Positions 28,739 to 38,414 of a stretch of DNA of 64,000 bases are shown here, piece by piece. A program made the position numbers and the translations under genes. Position 1 is the stretch's first letter; the number at the start of each line of letters is the position of its first letter. The stretch comes from a virus, in the IMG/VR virus record IMGVR_UViG_3300032249_001192, positions 5,524-69,523 of that record, one strand, 5' to 3'. The notes under the pieces were generated by a model, which saw nothing but the letters and a program-made list of their open reading frames with translations, was not told where the DNA came from and searched no databases.

Positions 28739-29409
28739 TATTTTTTAAGCGAGTCCATGTTGGGATATTTTTTGCTACCAAGGATACCATCAGCAAAACC
28801 ATAATAGACTGCCTCTTCAGCAGTTAATATCCAATCGCATTTATTAGCAAGTTGTGAGACAATATGTTTTTTTGCCATCATTCTTTTCCAATTTTTCTCT
28901 TTAGCTATCGTACTATTCATACACCTATCAGTAAAAATATCAATCATCTTATCGCTCTCTTTTTCGTTCCATTGAATACCTGCCGCAGCCGCTTTACTGT
29001 GTTCTCCGTCTAAGCTAAATGACCCATAATGAATCATTACATTTGTATTTGGCATCAGTATTCTTAAATCGCCAGCTTGGAAAAGAAAACTACTGGAGGA
29101 TTCTGCTTTAGCATATGCTAGGATAACAACTTTAGCTTTAGACGCTCGTATAGCATCATACATACCTAAACAGTCTTGCCAATCTCCTCCTGGTAAATGC
29201 ATATGAACTAAAATTGTTTCTAAAGACATAAGGTTTAAGAATCTCAAATTTTTTTCAAACATTACAGCAGATCTATAGTCAACACCACCTTCTTCATTAT
29301 CTGATATATATGAATGTAAATATATTTCTCTATTTTTAGCATCTATATTAGAAGAATGTAATGACTGTAATTCACTTTCGAGCTCATTGAATGATTTTGT
29401 TGCTGACAT
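28738..29409 (-). CDS. clpP: ClpP-family serine protease
   Basis: REIYL, PGGD, AESSSS (Ser), VMIH (His), DWILTAEEAVYYGFAD (Asp). Confidence 0.9.
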   Translation of the reverse strand: MSATKSFNELESELQSLHSSNIDAKNREIYLHSYISDNEEGGVDYRSAVMFEKNLRFLNLMSLETILVHMHLPGGDWQDCLGMYDAIRASKAKVVILAYAKAESSSSFLFQAGDLRILMPNTNVMIHYGSFSLDGEHSKAAAAGIQWNEKESDKMIDIFTDRCMNSTIAKEKNWKRMMAKKHIVSQLANKCDWILTAEEAVYYGFADGILGSKKYPNMDSLKK

Positions 29410-29411
29410 TA

Positions 29412-29900
29412 TTATGATAGCTCCGAGTATACTCTCTTATTTATATCTCTCATTACAGAAGAATCATCAAAAGCTTTACCAATAGCAATTCGGAATCTAT
29501 ATCTAGTAAAAATATCTAGAGTTTCAACTCCATCAGTTTTTTCAATAATATCAGAAACTTTATGAGTTATATCAAAGTTTGTATGACCAATCCAAAAATT
29601 AAAAATCTTCCCACTCATAGTATTGTCTGTGACTGGAATAATTCCCATAGGAGTAGCAATAACTTTTACTCTTTGTGTTGTACTAATTATTTTTTTTTCT
29701 TGTTCTTTTTCATGATTGTCATTTTCAGAACTCTCGTCTAATTCGTCTTCTTCATAGTCCCCAAGATACGGGTCATGTTCAAATTCTTCTGCATCATCAG
29801 AACCAAATGGATCAAACCACTTTTGCCAGGATATAAGACTAGTCATATAGTTTATTCTTTTATTTAGATTCTTATTTTTTAGATATACCATGTAATACAC
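29412..29900 (-). CDS. Hypothetical phage protein
   Basis: Acidic stretch then FNFWIGHTNFDIT...TRYRFRIAIGK; real start probably MTSLIS (~29848). Confidence 0.6.
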   Translation of the reverse strand: MYYMVYLKNKNLNKRINYMTSLISWQKWFDPFGSDDAEEFEHDPYLGDYEEDELDESSENDNHEKEQEKKIISTTQRVKVIATPMGIIPVTDNTMSGKIFNFWIGHTNFDITHKVSDIIEKTDGVETLDIFTRYRFRIAIGKAFDDSSVMRDINKRVYSELS

Positions 29901-29901
29901 C
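29896..29901 (-). promoter_or_regulatory. GGTGTA motif
   Basis: ATAGGTGTATTAC about 50 nt upstream of the probable start codon. Confidence 0.55.
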
Positions 29902-29939
29902 TATGGTATAGTAATAAGAAATTGGCCGACAAACAACTA

Positions 29940-30356
29940 CTATTTAGAGTTAAAAACTGATCTTGGCCTAATTAACGGACCATTATCTAGTAATTTTTGC
30001 TCAAATTCTGTTTTGATTAGATCATAATAAGATAAAACATTATCATAAAATAATTGTTCTTTGTCATTATTTGTATTTTTAGCCTTATCACGAATTATAG
30101 TCAATACTTTGGGTTCCATTAGACCGCTAATAGCATAAATTAAAAGTTCAGCAAATTTTTCTGCTTCTGTAGAAATTTCAATAATAGATAAATTATCGAT
30201 CCTTGGATGTAAAAATATTACATCAACTATATCATTTGGATATAGACTAACGCTCAGACTATGTATATCTTCTGTCTTATTCTCTTCTTGATTTTTTATA
30301 TCAGTAGAGGGGCTTTGTTTTTTACTGAGACAATAATGAAAGAGTTTTTGTAGCAT
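29940..30356 (-). CDS. Hypothetical protein
   Basis: 138 aa ORF in operon. Confidence 0.55.
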   Translation of the reverse strand: MLQKLFHYCLSKKQSPSTDIKNQEENKTEDIHSLSVSLYPNDIVDVIFLHPRIDNLSIIEISTEAEKFAELLIYAISGLMEPKVLTIIRDKAKNTNNDKEQLFYDNVLSYYDLIKTEFEQKLLDNGPLIRPRSVFNSK

Positions 30357-30747
30357 TTTGTGGTAGTATGTCAGTGTTAATATCTATTGTTCTAGTTACG
30401 CTATCAATTGTATCAGTTTCGTAGTTAACAAAACACATATAATAAATATCTAGTTTAGAAGTTATAACAATATCTATTAATTTAGGATTTATACTAGAGG
30501 GTTCTTTAAGATGTCTATTCAATAGCATTAATATGAGCTCGTGAATATCTTGATCTGGTTCTATCTCAGTAGAAGGTAGACGTAGATCATAGTCTAACAA
30601 CGACAATATCTCATATCTATTCTTAGAAGGAATAAAAATTGGTATGATTAAATTAAGTTGTGCATTTATCATAAGATCGAATAATATCCAGTGCTCGTTT
30701 AATGTTTTGTCTAATAGCTTCTCTAGAAACCCCGAACTTTTTACCAA
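30322..30747 (-). CDS. Hypothetical protein (possible degenerate NUDIX fold)
   Basis: LRLPSTEIEPDQDIHE loosely resembles a NUDIX region without catalytic Glu residues; real start probably MINAQL (~30672). Confidence 0.4.
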   Translation of the reverse strand: MVKSSGFLEKLLDKTLNEHWILFDLMINAQLNLIIPIFIPSKNRYEILSLLDYDLRLPSTEIEPDQDIHELILMLLNRHLKEPSSINPKLIDIVITSKLDIYYMCFVNYETDTIDSVTRTIDINTDILPQNATKTLSLLSQ

Positions 30748-31252
30748 TATATGATAAAGTATGATTTTGTAGATAATACATCTTGATTTGTATTTTCTGT
30801 TTTTCAGAAAGAATACTATTATTAAGCAGTTGATCGATGCTTGATGTTAGTTGGTTAGACTCTTCTTTGTTTATTAAAATATCTACAGGATCCATAGCCT
30901 TCTCATCTGCTATAGAAGAATAGAACGATGAGTCAGCACCTTCTTCACTAAAGTTAAGACTAATACTAGTATTAATCTGTTTTTTGTATTTATTAGTTAC
31001 ATACGTCTTGATTGCCCATATGGCACATTGATTACGGTATGAATAAAGTGTCTTTTTTTGACCACTCTTTCCTGGTCTGTCCGGATCAAATCTCCAGTCA
31101 GCATACATAATGGCTGTCGCAACATCAGACACAGCATCAGTATTTTTCAACATTTCTGCTGAAAGCCCATTATAAAATCTGGGTCCAAATTTTACTATCG
31201 TTTTCTTTGCTAAGTTTATATAGGAATCCAAACTGTCGTACGTTCTGTCCAT
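30653..31252 (-). CDS. Phage RNA polymerase sigma factor (sigma70 family, regions 2 and 4)
   Basis: AIMYADWRFDPDR...LYSY (region 2); LSEKQKIQIKMYY...TLSYIGKKFGVSREAIRQNIKRAL (region 4 HTH). Confidence 0.88.
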   Translation of the reverse strand: MDRTYDSLDSYINLAKKTIVKFGPRFYNGLSAEMLKNTDAVSDVATAIMYADWRFDPDRPGKSGQKKTLYSYRNQCAIWAIKTYVTNKYKKQINTSISLNFSEEGADSSFYSSIADEKAMDPVDILINKEESNQLTSSIDQLLNNSILSEKQKIQIKMYYLQNHTLSYIGKKFGVSREAIRQNIKRALDIIRSYDKCTT

Positions 31253-31282
31253 TAAAAGTCCTTTTATGTAATTGAAAGTGTC

Positions 31283-31711
31283 TTACTTAGTTAATTTTTT
31301 CCACTGATCAGGATCTGGTCTGTCTTTATCTCCTCTTTTTGCTGGCTTGTAATTCTTGCCTTCTCGTTCCTTTTTCTTTCGGATATTATCCCAAAGTCCG
31401 GGCTTATTCCCAGCAAAAGAGTTATCGTCATCTGATGGTACATACTTTACAAAATCATGAATGGTTCGCATGTAGTCCTCAGTTATGGCGATTTTACCCT
31501 GTAGCCAGCTCTCTGTCAAGTTTTCTTTAACTGATGGATCATCCATAGCATCAAGTATATTTTGAGCATGTTGAATAATTGCCCTGAGAGAACCAATATT
31601 CATCTCTAAGAACTCGTTTTTATATTCGCTTAATTCTGCTTGTGTTGAATCAGTTTCTTGATTCTCTAATGCTGCCTGAACATTGTTTAATAAATCGTAT
31701 ATTCTATCCAT
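31283..31711 (-). CDS. Hypothetical phage protein with basic C-terminal module
   Basis: ESWLQGKI and KPGLWDNIRKKKER...DRPDP modules of the type seen in large-phage proteins. Confidence 0.55.
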   Translation of the reverse strand: MDRIYDLLNNVQAALENQETDSTQAELSEYKNEFLEMNIGSLRAIIQHAQNILDAMDDPSVKENLTESWLQGKIAITEDYMRTIHDFVKYVPSDDDNSFAGNKPGLWDNIRKKKEREGKNYKPAKRGDKDRPDPDQWKKLTK

Positions 31712-31735
31712 TGTTAAACCTTTATCTAATATTGG

Positions 31736-32329
31736 TTATGCTTGTAAAGTTAGGAAATTGTCGATACCCATTTGTTCAATAAGCTTTAAGTAGCCTTCAT
31801 ATAGTTCTATACCGTCTTCACTACCTTGTAGTAAAGGAATCATTATATTAGCTGTTAGCTCGTCGCCTACTGCTCTGGCTGCAAGAATAGTTGCTCTCTC
31901 TGTCTCTGCAGCTTCTCTTACAGACGCTAAATTATAGTTGATAATAGCCATCATGTCATGCCGTGTCCATGATGGAGGAGATACTACTAATGGTTGATAA
32001 TCTTGATCAAAAAATTCTAATCTTGTTAGATTAATTATTGAGTGTTGATGTTCTTCTAATGCGTCTGCTTTGATAATAGCAGCAAGTTTTTTGTAACCCC
32101 ATCTTTCAAGATGAACAGCCTGAGCACTTAATGATGTTGTTTGTTGCCAGTGTATATTCAAGGATTTTTTAAGTAATACAACTACACTATTTTCAGTTTC
32201 AGATACAATATTTTCTATTGTTTCATCAACCTGATTAACTTCATTAGTTTCGTTAGCTTGAACTTCCTCCACTTGATTTTCCTTTATTTCAGCATTTTTG
32301 TTTAATAGTTCATCTATTGTTTTGGTCAT
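31736..32329 (-). CDS. Bacterioferritin-like protein with degenerate ferroxidase centre
   Basis: HLERWGYKKLA, EEHQH, LIEQMGIDNFL align with Bfr; acidic N-terminal extension; start moved to MTKTID. Confidence 0.8.
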   Translation of the reverse strand: MTKTIDELLNKNAEIKENQVEEVQANETNEVNQVDETIENIVSETENSVVVLLKKSLNIHWQQTTSLSAQAVHLERWGYKKLAAIIKADALEEHQHSIINLTRLEFFDQDYQPLVVSPPSWTRHDMMAIINYNLASVREAAETERATILAARAVGDELTANIMIPLLQGSEDGIELYEGYLKLIEQMGIDNFLTLQA

Positions 32330-32351
32330 AATTAAATCCATATTTGTTATA

Positions 32352-32906
32352 TTACCACGCCTTACAACTCCAATACCTACTTTTCCACTTGGGACCAGGA
32401 TTTTCGCAATTATGTCTTGCACGAAAATTTTTCCTTCGTGAAGGAATGTTTTTTTTAATTTTCATGTTAGGATCACCGAACCTAACAATAACAACTTTGC
32501 CACTACCATTCTTTACATAAACTGCAGATTTTTTAGGACCATCTGGAGTTCTGAATGGTTTATTTAAAGTAACTTTACGACCTTGATACTCTGAAGAGAT
32601 AGCAGATAGATCAAATTCTTCTGTAAGCTCATCAATATCTATATAATCATCGACTTCTGGCGTAACAAGATTTGCTGTTGTTAATTCTTCACCATCTTTA
32701 TCTAAATCTAGATCTTCAGCTTCTTCGGATTCAGAATGGTCTATGATCTCACATACTTGTTGTATTAGAGAAGATTTTGTTTGACCAAGACAGACAACGA
32801 TTCTTTGTTTTGAATCTGGGTATTCTTTTTGCATTTTTTCATCACCCATACATCTTGCAACAAAGTCATTAGATTTTTCACCAGGATTAGGATTGGGTAT
32901 TGGCAT
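32352..32906 (-). CDS. Phage protein with DUF6321-like basic C-terminal domain
   Basis: MPIPNP...FVARCM..QR.VVC N-module; VTLNKPFR...VRFGDPNM...FRARHNC...YWSC C-module. Confidence 0.65.
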   Translation of the reverse strand: MPIPNPNPGEKSNDFVARCMGDEKMQKEYPDSKQRIVVCLGQTKSSLIQQVCEIIDHSESEEAEDLDLDKDGEELTTANLVTPEVDDYIDIDELTEEFDLSAISSEYQGRKVTLNKPFRTPDGPKKSAVYVKNGSGKVVIVRFGDPNMKIKKNIPSRRKNFRARHNCENPGPKWKSRYWSCKAW

Positions 32907-32915
32907 AATATTAAC

Positions 32916-33977
32916 CTATTTATTCATGTAACTGAGTATCTTTTGTGCTGTATTTGTCCACGATAACTGATTAGCAGTATTTACACCAGGAAGATTATTA
33001 TTAATCCTATTATTGACCACATATCGCATATGGTCGATCAAAGTGTCTTTTTCAGATTGGTCTATTTTTGCCCAATTACCTTGACCCATAAAAGCTTTAC
33101 CATCGTAGGCTTTTTCTGTAGCTGATATATCTACTAGGTATGAGTTATCTTTATTACAAAACTCTGTATGTGCTGAATAATTAGTAGTTATAACAGGTTT
33201 ATTCATAGCCATACACTCTAATAGCTCCATGTTCCACCCTTCTGCTCTAGAAGGGAAAATACCACAGTTAGCTTTTGATATTAGTTCTGCAATCTCAGAA
33301 TGTTGAGCAAACCCCGAAAATAATTTAACTCTACTATCATTTTGGTACATATTTTTCCACTGTTCAATTTCAGTAGGAGAAGAATATCCATTAGTTGTTT
33401 CTGAAGCTAAAACCCAAAGCTCTACATCTGGATTATCTGGAAAAGCCTTAGAAAATAATTCCAGTAAAATATCATGACCTTTTCTAATTTCCCACTTACC
33501 TATATTAATAAATACATATTTATTGTCAGAAGGTTGAGAATACTTAGATTTATCAAATATTGATAAGTCAACACCAAGAGGAGCAACATGAACTGGTGTC
33601 GCAACATATTTAGACACTACGTCAGCAGCCCATTGACTAGTAGTAAAAATACCATCTGGAGTTGTTAAACTATTAATTTCTATGTCACTAAAAGTATCTA
33701 ACTCAAAAAAGGGGAAAGCAAAATATCGGCCTCTACCTACACGTTCCAGCAAATCAAACTGATGCCATATTTTAAGATAGAGAGCATTAACATCGCATAA
33801 ATATCTTTGCTTAATTATTTTTGAAACAAAAGCATGATCTTCTTGTGTTTCTACAGAAGGTTGTCCTATTGGAAAGTAGGAGATGGTATTATTTAAAGCG
33901 TGTAAAGCTTTGATTATGTTGTACGAAGCTATACCATATCCGGTACTATTAATTGGCGATGATACATTGATGTTCAT
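32916..33977 (-). CDS. GT4 glycosyltransferase
   Basis: TGYG, IGKWEIRKGHD, FPSRAEGWNMELLECMAMNKPVI. Confidence 0.9.
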   Translation of the reverse strand: MNINVSSPINSTGYGIASYNIIKALHALNNTISYFPIGQPSVETQEDHAFVSKIIKQRYLCDVNALYLKIWHQFDLLERVGRGRYFAFPFFELDTFSDIEINSLTTPDGIFTTSQWAADVVSKYVATPVHVAPLGVDLSIFDKSKYSQPSDNKYVFINIGKWEIRKGHDILLELFSKAFPDNPDVELWVLASETTNGYSSPTEIEQWKNMYQNDSRVKLFSGFAQHSEIAELISKANCGIFPSRAEGWNMELLECMAMNKPVITTNYSAHTEFCNKDNSYLVDISATEKAYDGKAFMGQGNWAKIDQSEKDTLIDHMRYVVNNRINNNLPGVNTANQLSWTNTAQKILSYMNK

Positions 33978-35095
33978 TTTTCAAATATCCTATTATGAGT
34001 ATTATTAACTTGTATAAATGTTGTTTTTTTTCCAAAGTCTTTGATTTTAGAAGAACCAATATAAGTGCACGAACTTCTAAGACCTCCTAATATATCTAGG
34101 ATAGTATTTTCTGTCGTGCCTTTATATGGAATAATAACAGATTTTCCTTCACTGGTTCTATAGTTAGCAACGCCATTATTATATTTGTCCATAGCGTCTT
34201 TTGAACTCATTCCATAGAATTTAAGACTAACTTTTCTTTTTTCTGTTTCATACCCAGGATTGAATGGTTGCCAAAATTCTCCAGCCATGCCAGCTTTTGC
34301 ACATTTATATTCATATACCCATTCTCCCTCACAGCAATCTGTACCAGCTAACATACTACCAAGCATTACAAAATCAGTATTTCCACCAAAAGCTTTACAA
34401 ATATCTGCAACTATTTTACAGCCGCCATCACTACAAATATGACCACCTACTCCATGAGCAGCATCAGCACATTCCATTACAGCAGATAGCTGGGGGTATC
34501 CTACACCAGTTTTTAATCTTGTAGTACAAACAGACCCAGAACCTATACCAACCTTAACTATATCAACCATCCCATGCATTAATAGCTCTTCTGTCATTTC
34601 CGGAGTAACAACATTTCCGGCCATAATTACAATTTCTGGATACATATCTCTTATATATTTAACCGCTTTTACAAACTTGTCACTGTATCCGTTAGCAACA
34701 TCTACACATACATTGGGTAAATATAGATTTTTAAGCTTTAGTTGCTCAAAAGTTTCTTTGAATTTTTCTAGATCTGGCTTATTAATTCCTGTTGAATAAA
34801 ATACCAGCTGTGGATTTTGCAAATTTGTGAAGTAACTAATAATATCATTAACAGAATAATGTTTATGTAAACATGTTATAGCATTGAATTGAGTCAGAAC
34901 TTTTGCCATATTCATTGTTCCAGTTGTGTCCATATTGGCAGCAATGATAGGAGTACAAGATAAAGATCTTGTAGAATATAGAAATTTAAAATCTCGTTGT
35001 AGAGAAACTTCTGATCTACTGCCAAGTCTTGATCTTTTGGGTTTGATTAACACATCATCAAAATCTAGTTTTAGTTCGTTGATAATTTTTTGCAT
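33974..35095 (-). CDS. guaC: GMP reductase
   Basis: LDFDDVLIKPKRS, IAANMD, DVANGYS, KVGIGSGSVCTTR, SDGGC, FYGMSS. Confidence 0.95.
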   Translation of the reverse strand: MQKIINELKLDFDDVLIKPKRSRLGSRSEVSLQRDFKFLYSTRSLSCTPIIAANMDTTGTMNMAKVLTQFNAITCLHKHYSVNDIISYFTNLQNPQLVFYSTGINKPDLEKFKETFEQLKLKNLYLPNVCVDVANGYSDKFVKAVKYIRDMYPEIVIMAGNVVTPEMTEELLMHGMVDIVKVGIGSGSVCTTRLKTGVGYPQLSAVMECADAAHGVGGHICSDGGCKIVADICKAFGGNTDFVMLGSMLAGTDCCEGEWVYEYKCAKAGMAGEFWQPFNPGYETEKRKVSLKFYGMSSKDAMDKYNNGVANYRTSEGKSVIIPYKGTTENTILDILGGLRSSCTYIGSSKIKDFGKKTTFIQVNNTHNRIFEK

Positions 35096-35096
35096 A

Positions 35097-35300
35097 TTAT
35101 GTTTTCTTTAGATACTCATCAGTGTCGTAACACTTCCATGTTTTATGACTTTCAAAACCACTTTCGCTAACACAAATTTTTGGTCCTGTTAAAAAACCTC
35201 GACCTTTAAAATGATATAATGCTGCCAAGATTGCTGATATAGGATCATTACAATCAATAATGTATTTTATTTGACCAGACTTTACATAATATTTGGGCAT
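35097..35300 (-). CDS. Hypothetical protein
   Basis: 67 aa ORF, tight spacing. Confidence 0.55.
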   Translation of the reverse strand: MPKYYVKSGQIKYIIDCNDPISAILAALYHFKGRGFLTGPKICVSESGFESHKTWKCYDTDEYLKKT

Positions 35301-35301
35301 G

Positions 35302-35832
35302 TTATACCGAGAAAAAATACCATCTTTTATGAGTATCTATATTTTCTGATGTGTGGATATGTGACAGATAGCTTTTGATATCATCCCAAGAAGAAAAAAT
35401 AGTTTGATGGGGCACTGTTCCAAATAACCAGTCTGGTGCATTTATCTTACCCTGTTCCATATGAATTATGATAGGTTTTTTCTGACGATTAGCCCAAAAA
35501 ATTTCTTCATAGGTTCCACACGGATGGATATCTAGATTAAGATTTACAACCAAAAAATCACTAATATCTACAAGTCTTAGATCTACCCTTCTAATAACTT
35601 TCATCATTTCTGAAAGCTCATCATATCTTTCTGTTCTCTTTAGCTTAGTTTTAACTGCGTGAGAGTCGCTATCTTCCATGCCTGTATTTGTTGGCTTGGT
35701 AATAGGATTAAAGACTATGGAACCCATTTCTTCAAGAAATGGAGTAATATTATCTCTCCAAGTAGCTCCACGATCAGCCACTCTATCCATAGCCCCGGCT
35801 AAATAAACTCTTTGATTCTTCAATCTATTCAT
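35302..35832 (-). CDS. Nucleoside 2-deoxyribosyltransferase-like / nucleotide N-glycosidase
   Basis: VYLAGAMD, FNP, DLRLVDISD, GTYEE. Confidence 0.8.
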   Translation of the reverse strand: MNRLKNQRVYLAGAMDRVADRGATWRDNITPFLEEMGSIVFNPITKPTNTGMEDSDSHAVKTKLKRTERYDELSEMMKVIRRVDLRLVDISDFLVVNLNLDIHPCGTYEEIFWANRQKKPIIIHMEQGKINAPDWLFGTVPHQTIFSSWDDIKSYLSHIHTSENIDTHKRWYFFSV

Positions 35833-35840
35833 ATTTAAAA

Positions 35841-35987
35841 TTAGTAACGATCAGTAAATAAAAAGGTAAATAAGTTTCTTGATGAATATAGTTTACTACA
35901 ACTAGATCTATCTTGAATTTTGTATTGAGCATCAATGAAACCGAATACAATAGAAACAAACAAAAAGAACAATATAATTTCAATCAT
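35841..35987 (-). CDS. Small membrane protein (48 aa, not in ORF track)
   Basis: MIEIILFFLFVSIVFGFIDAQYK...TDRY*; ATG overlaps the upstream stop (ATGA) and the ORF fills the gap. Confidence 0.55.
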   Translation of the reverse strand: MIEIILFFLFVSIVFGFIDAQYKIQDRSSCSKLYSSRNLFTFLFTDRY

Positions 35988-36706
35988 GGTTTTAAATATC
36001 CAATATAGTTTCGTCTCATTCTGTTAACCTCGTCAACCATCTCTTGCAAGTGTTCTGGATCAGTAGACCTACCCGTTGGGTTGTGGTAATACAAACCGAC
36101 TGGATGGTTGATCATTTCTATTCTAGCACCTCCGACGGCGCAACGCAACCAAAAATCTCCATCTGCAGCTGTTTTATAGTTTTCATCAAAATATCCGAAT
36201 CTATCATGTAAATTACGTCTCCATAATGGCATACAATGAGGAGAATTATTTCTTAATAGATTCTCAAACGAATGAGGAAGACAGGGGTAAATTTGATTAT
36301 ATGTATTGTCTTCATATCTCTCATTTGCTTCTGTGGAAACATAAGTAATCCCGTATGCTATGTCTAATAAAGAATTCCTGTCAAATGCTTTAAGTAAAAT
36401 ATCTATACTGTCAGTATTTTTGCGATCATCAATATTCCAGTTTCCTATTATAGACGACGAACATAGACCAATAGCAATGTTCCATGCAGCATATAATCCT
36501 GGATCTTTTTCTAGTTGGTAGTATTTTACATTTTTGAACTTTTGTGTAATAGGCAGTATCTGATTTTTTTCATTATCTGGTGAGTTGCAGTCTAAAAAAA
36601 TAAATTCAATATTATCAAATACAGACTGTCGTAGCATATCATTGAGATATCCCTCAATAAATTTTTCACCTTTATAAAACGAACAAAATATTGAACATTT
36701 AAACAT
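35984..36706 (-). CDS. GT2 glycosyltransferase
   Basis: FLDCNSPD, GLYAAWN, NWNIDDR, GYFDE...DGDFWLR. Confidence 0.88.
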   Translation of the reverse strand: MFKCSIFCSFYKGEKFIEGYLNDMLRQSVFDNIEFIFLDCNSPDNEKNQILPITQKFKNVKYYQLEKDPGLYAAWNIAIGLCSSSIIGNWNIDDRKNTDSIDILLKAFDRNSLLDIAYGITYVSTEANERYEDNTYNQIYPCLPHSFENLLRNNSPHCMPLWRRNLHDRFGYFDENYKTAADGDFWLRCAVGGARIEMINHPVGLYYHNPTGRSTDPEHLQEMVDEVNRMRRNYIGYLKP

Positions 36707-36709
36707 ATA

Positions 36710-37813
36710 TTAGTTCTGTTTGAGGAAGTGTATGATCTTGTCGCAGATAAAACTAATTTGACTTTCGCTAAGGGTAGGATATGATGGCATTATTAAACAT
36801 TGGTTTTGTAACATTTTTGAGTTGTCATTAGATATGCATCTGGTAGACTTTAGATATTCGTGTTGATGTATATCGTAAAACATTGGCCTTGTATCTATTC
36901 CCGCTTCATACAAATATAATTCGAGTGATTTTTTCTTTTCTAAATCAAAATCTACAAATCTCATTCCAAACATCCAATTAGAATGAGAGGTGTCAGGATC
37001 TGTATTCTGGAAAGATATGTTAGATCTGTTTAAGATAGATTTATATTGCTTAAAAATGTTCTTTTTTTGTTTTACAATCCAGTCTAAGTCGTTTAATTGG
37101 CCATATAATATAGCGGCTTGTATATTTGTCATTCTATAATTATAACCAATATAGTCGTGAATGAATTTTTTATGGGATTGTCCTTGATTTTTTACTGTAT
37201 TAATATAAGAGAAAAGTTCATCATCAGAAGTTATAAAAGCACCACCTTCTCCGCATGTTATTGTTTTATTACCAAAAAAAGATACTGACGAAGCAAAACA
37301 TTCCGATCCGGATGGTTTGTCTCCATATGATCCCAAGAAGCCTTCGCAATTATCTTCTATAAAAACAGTATTTGGGAATTTTTGTTGTAGTTTTGGAACA
37401 TTGATAATATTTCCAATATTATGTACTATCAACACTGCAGTTTCTTCATCTAAATACTCTTCCAGATAAGAGTCCTCAAAATTCCAAGTACTTAAATTGG
37501 CATCTATCGCTATTAGTTCGTATTTTTGAGTATATAAAAAAGCATTCCATGCCGCTACATATACATTATTTGGAACAATAATCTTTTTTATAGACGGATA
37601 TTTATACTGTAATGCCAGAGCTAATAGGTGAGTTGCTGTAGTTCCATTATTTGTTAGTATTATTTTATGATTATTGTATTGGGCTTTTGATTTTAATAGA
37701 TTTTTTGTTAAATCTAGGTATTCTCCTTGAGATGATATCCATCCACTATCTAGTGCTTTATGGGCGTGTTCTAGATTGTTTTTAGTCAGATATGGTTGAT
37801 ATATGGGTATCAT
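36710..37813 (-). CDS. DegT/DnrJ/EryC1/StrS aminotransferase (perosamine synthase-like)
   Basis: GWISSQG, NGTTATHL, IEDNCE, SFFGNKTITCGEGG, GYNYRMTNIQAA. Confidence 0.93.
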   Translation of the reverse strand: MIPIYQPYLTKNNLEHAHKALDSGWISSQGEYLDLTKNLLKSKAQYNNHKIILTNNGTTATHLLALALQYKYPSIKKIIVPNNVYVAAWNAFLYTQKYELIAIDANLSTWNFEDSYLEEYLDEETAVLIVHNIGNIINVPKLQQKFPNTVFIEDNCEGFLGSYGDKPSGSECFASSVSFFGNKTITCGEGGAFITSDDELFSYINTVKNQGQSHKKFIHDYIGYNYRMTNIQAAILYGQLNDLDWIVKQKKNIFKQYKSILNRSNISFQNTDPDTSHSNWMFGMRFVDFDLEKKKSLELYLYEAGIDTRPMFYDIHQHEYLKSTRCISNDNSKMLQNQCLIMPSYPTLSESQISFICDKIIHFLKQN

Positions 37814-38406
37814 TTTATTTTTTGGATATGAGCTAGTCCCGTACTATCAGGTATAACATTTATTAGTTTAAAGTTAGTGTTGTTAGTATCCTGTAAATAT
37901 CTTTGAATAAAGTTACCCCTACCTTCTGGAACACTCCAGTCATGTAGTAATAGATTACAGCCTATTTTGATCTTGTCTTCTAAAAATTTAAAAGACTGTA
38001 CGTTTTCTGACACATTGTAATTTTGTATATATGCACTAATATTAAGCTTATGTAATCCGTTTGGTAGTTCATCTCCTCCATCTAGCAAAATTAAGTCAAC
38101 AGAATTCAAAAATTCATAGGATAAATTTTTTAATCCGTCAATAAAAGAAGTATTATAAAGTTTGATATTATTGGTATAACTACTATTATCGTAAAAACGT
38201 TTAGCCACCTCGTAGAAGCTATGGTTTTCCTCAAAAGTATATAATATTCCTCCTGTTTCAGATAAACCTTTGACAAGACTTAGTGTGCTACCACCACCGT
38301 ACCAAGTTCCTGATTCGATAGCCTGCTTACTGTTAGTGTTTTTAACAGTATTGTATATGTATTCTTTTTCCTTTATTGACATTTGTCCTAGCGGGATTGT
38401 GTTCAT
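37810..38406 (-). CDS. Class I SAM-dependent methyltransferase
   Basis: IESGTWYGGGST, LILLDGG, LLHD. Confidence 0.75.
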   Translation of the reverse strand: MNTIPLGQMSIKEKEYIYNTVKNTNSKQAIESGTWYGGGSTLSLVKGLSETGGILYTFEENHSFYEVAKRFYDNSSYTNNIKLYNTSFIDGLKNLSYEFLNSVDLILLDGGDELPNGLHKLNISAYIQNYNVSENVQSFKFLEDKIKIGCNLLLHDWSVPEGRGNFIQRYLQDTNNTNFKLINVIPDSTGLAHIQKIK

Positions 38407-38414
38407 GATATTTT

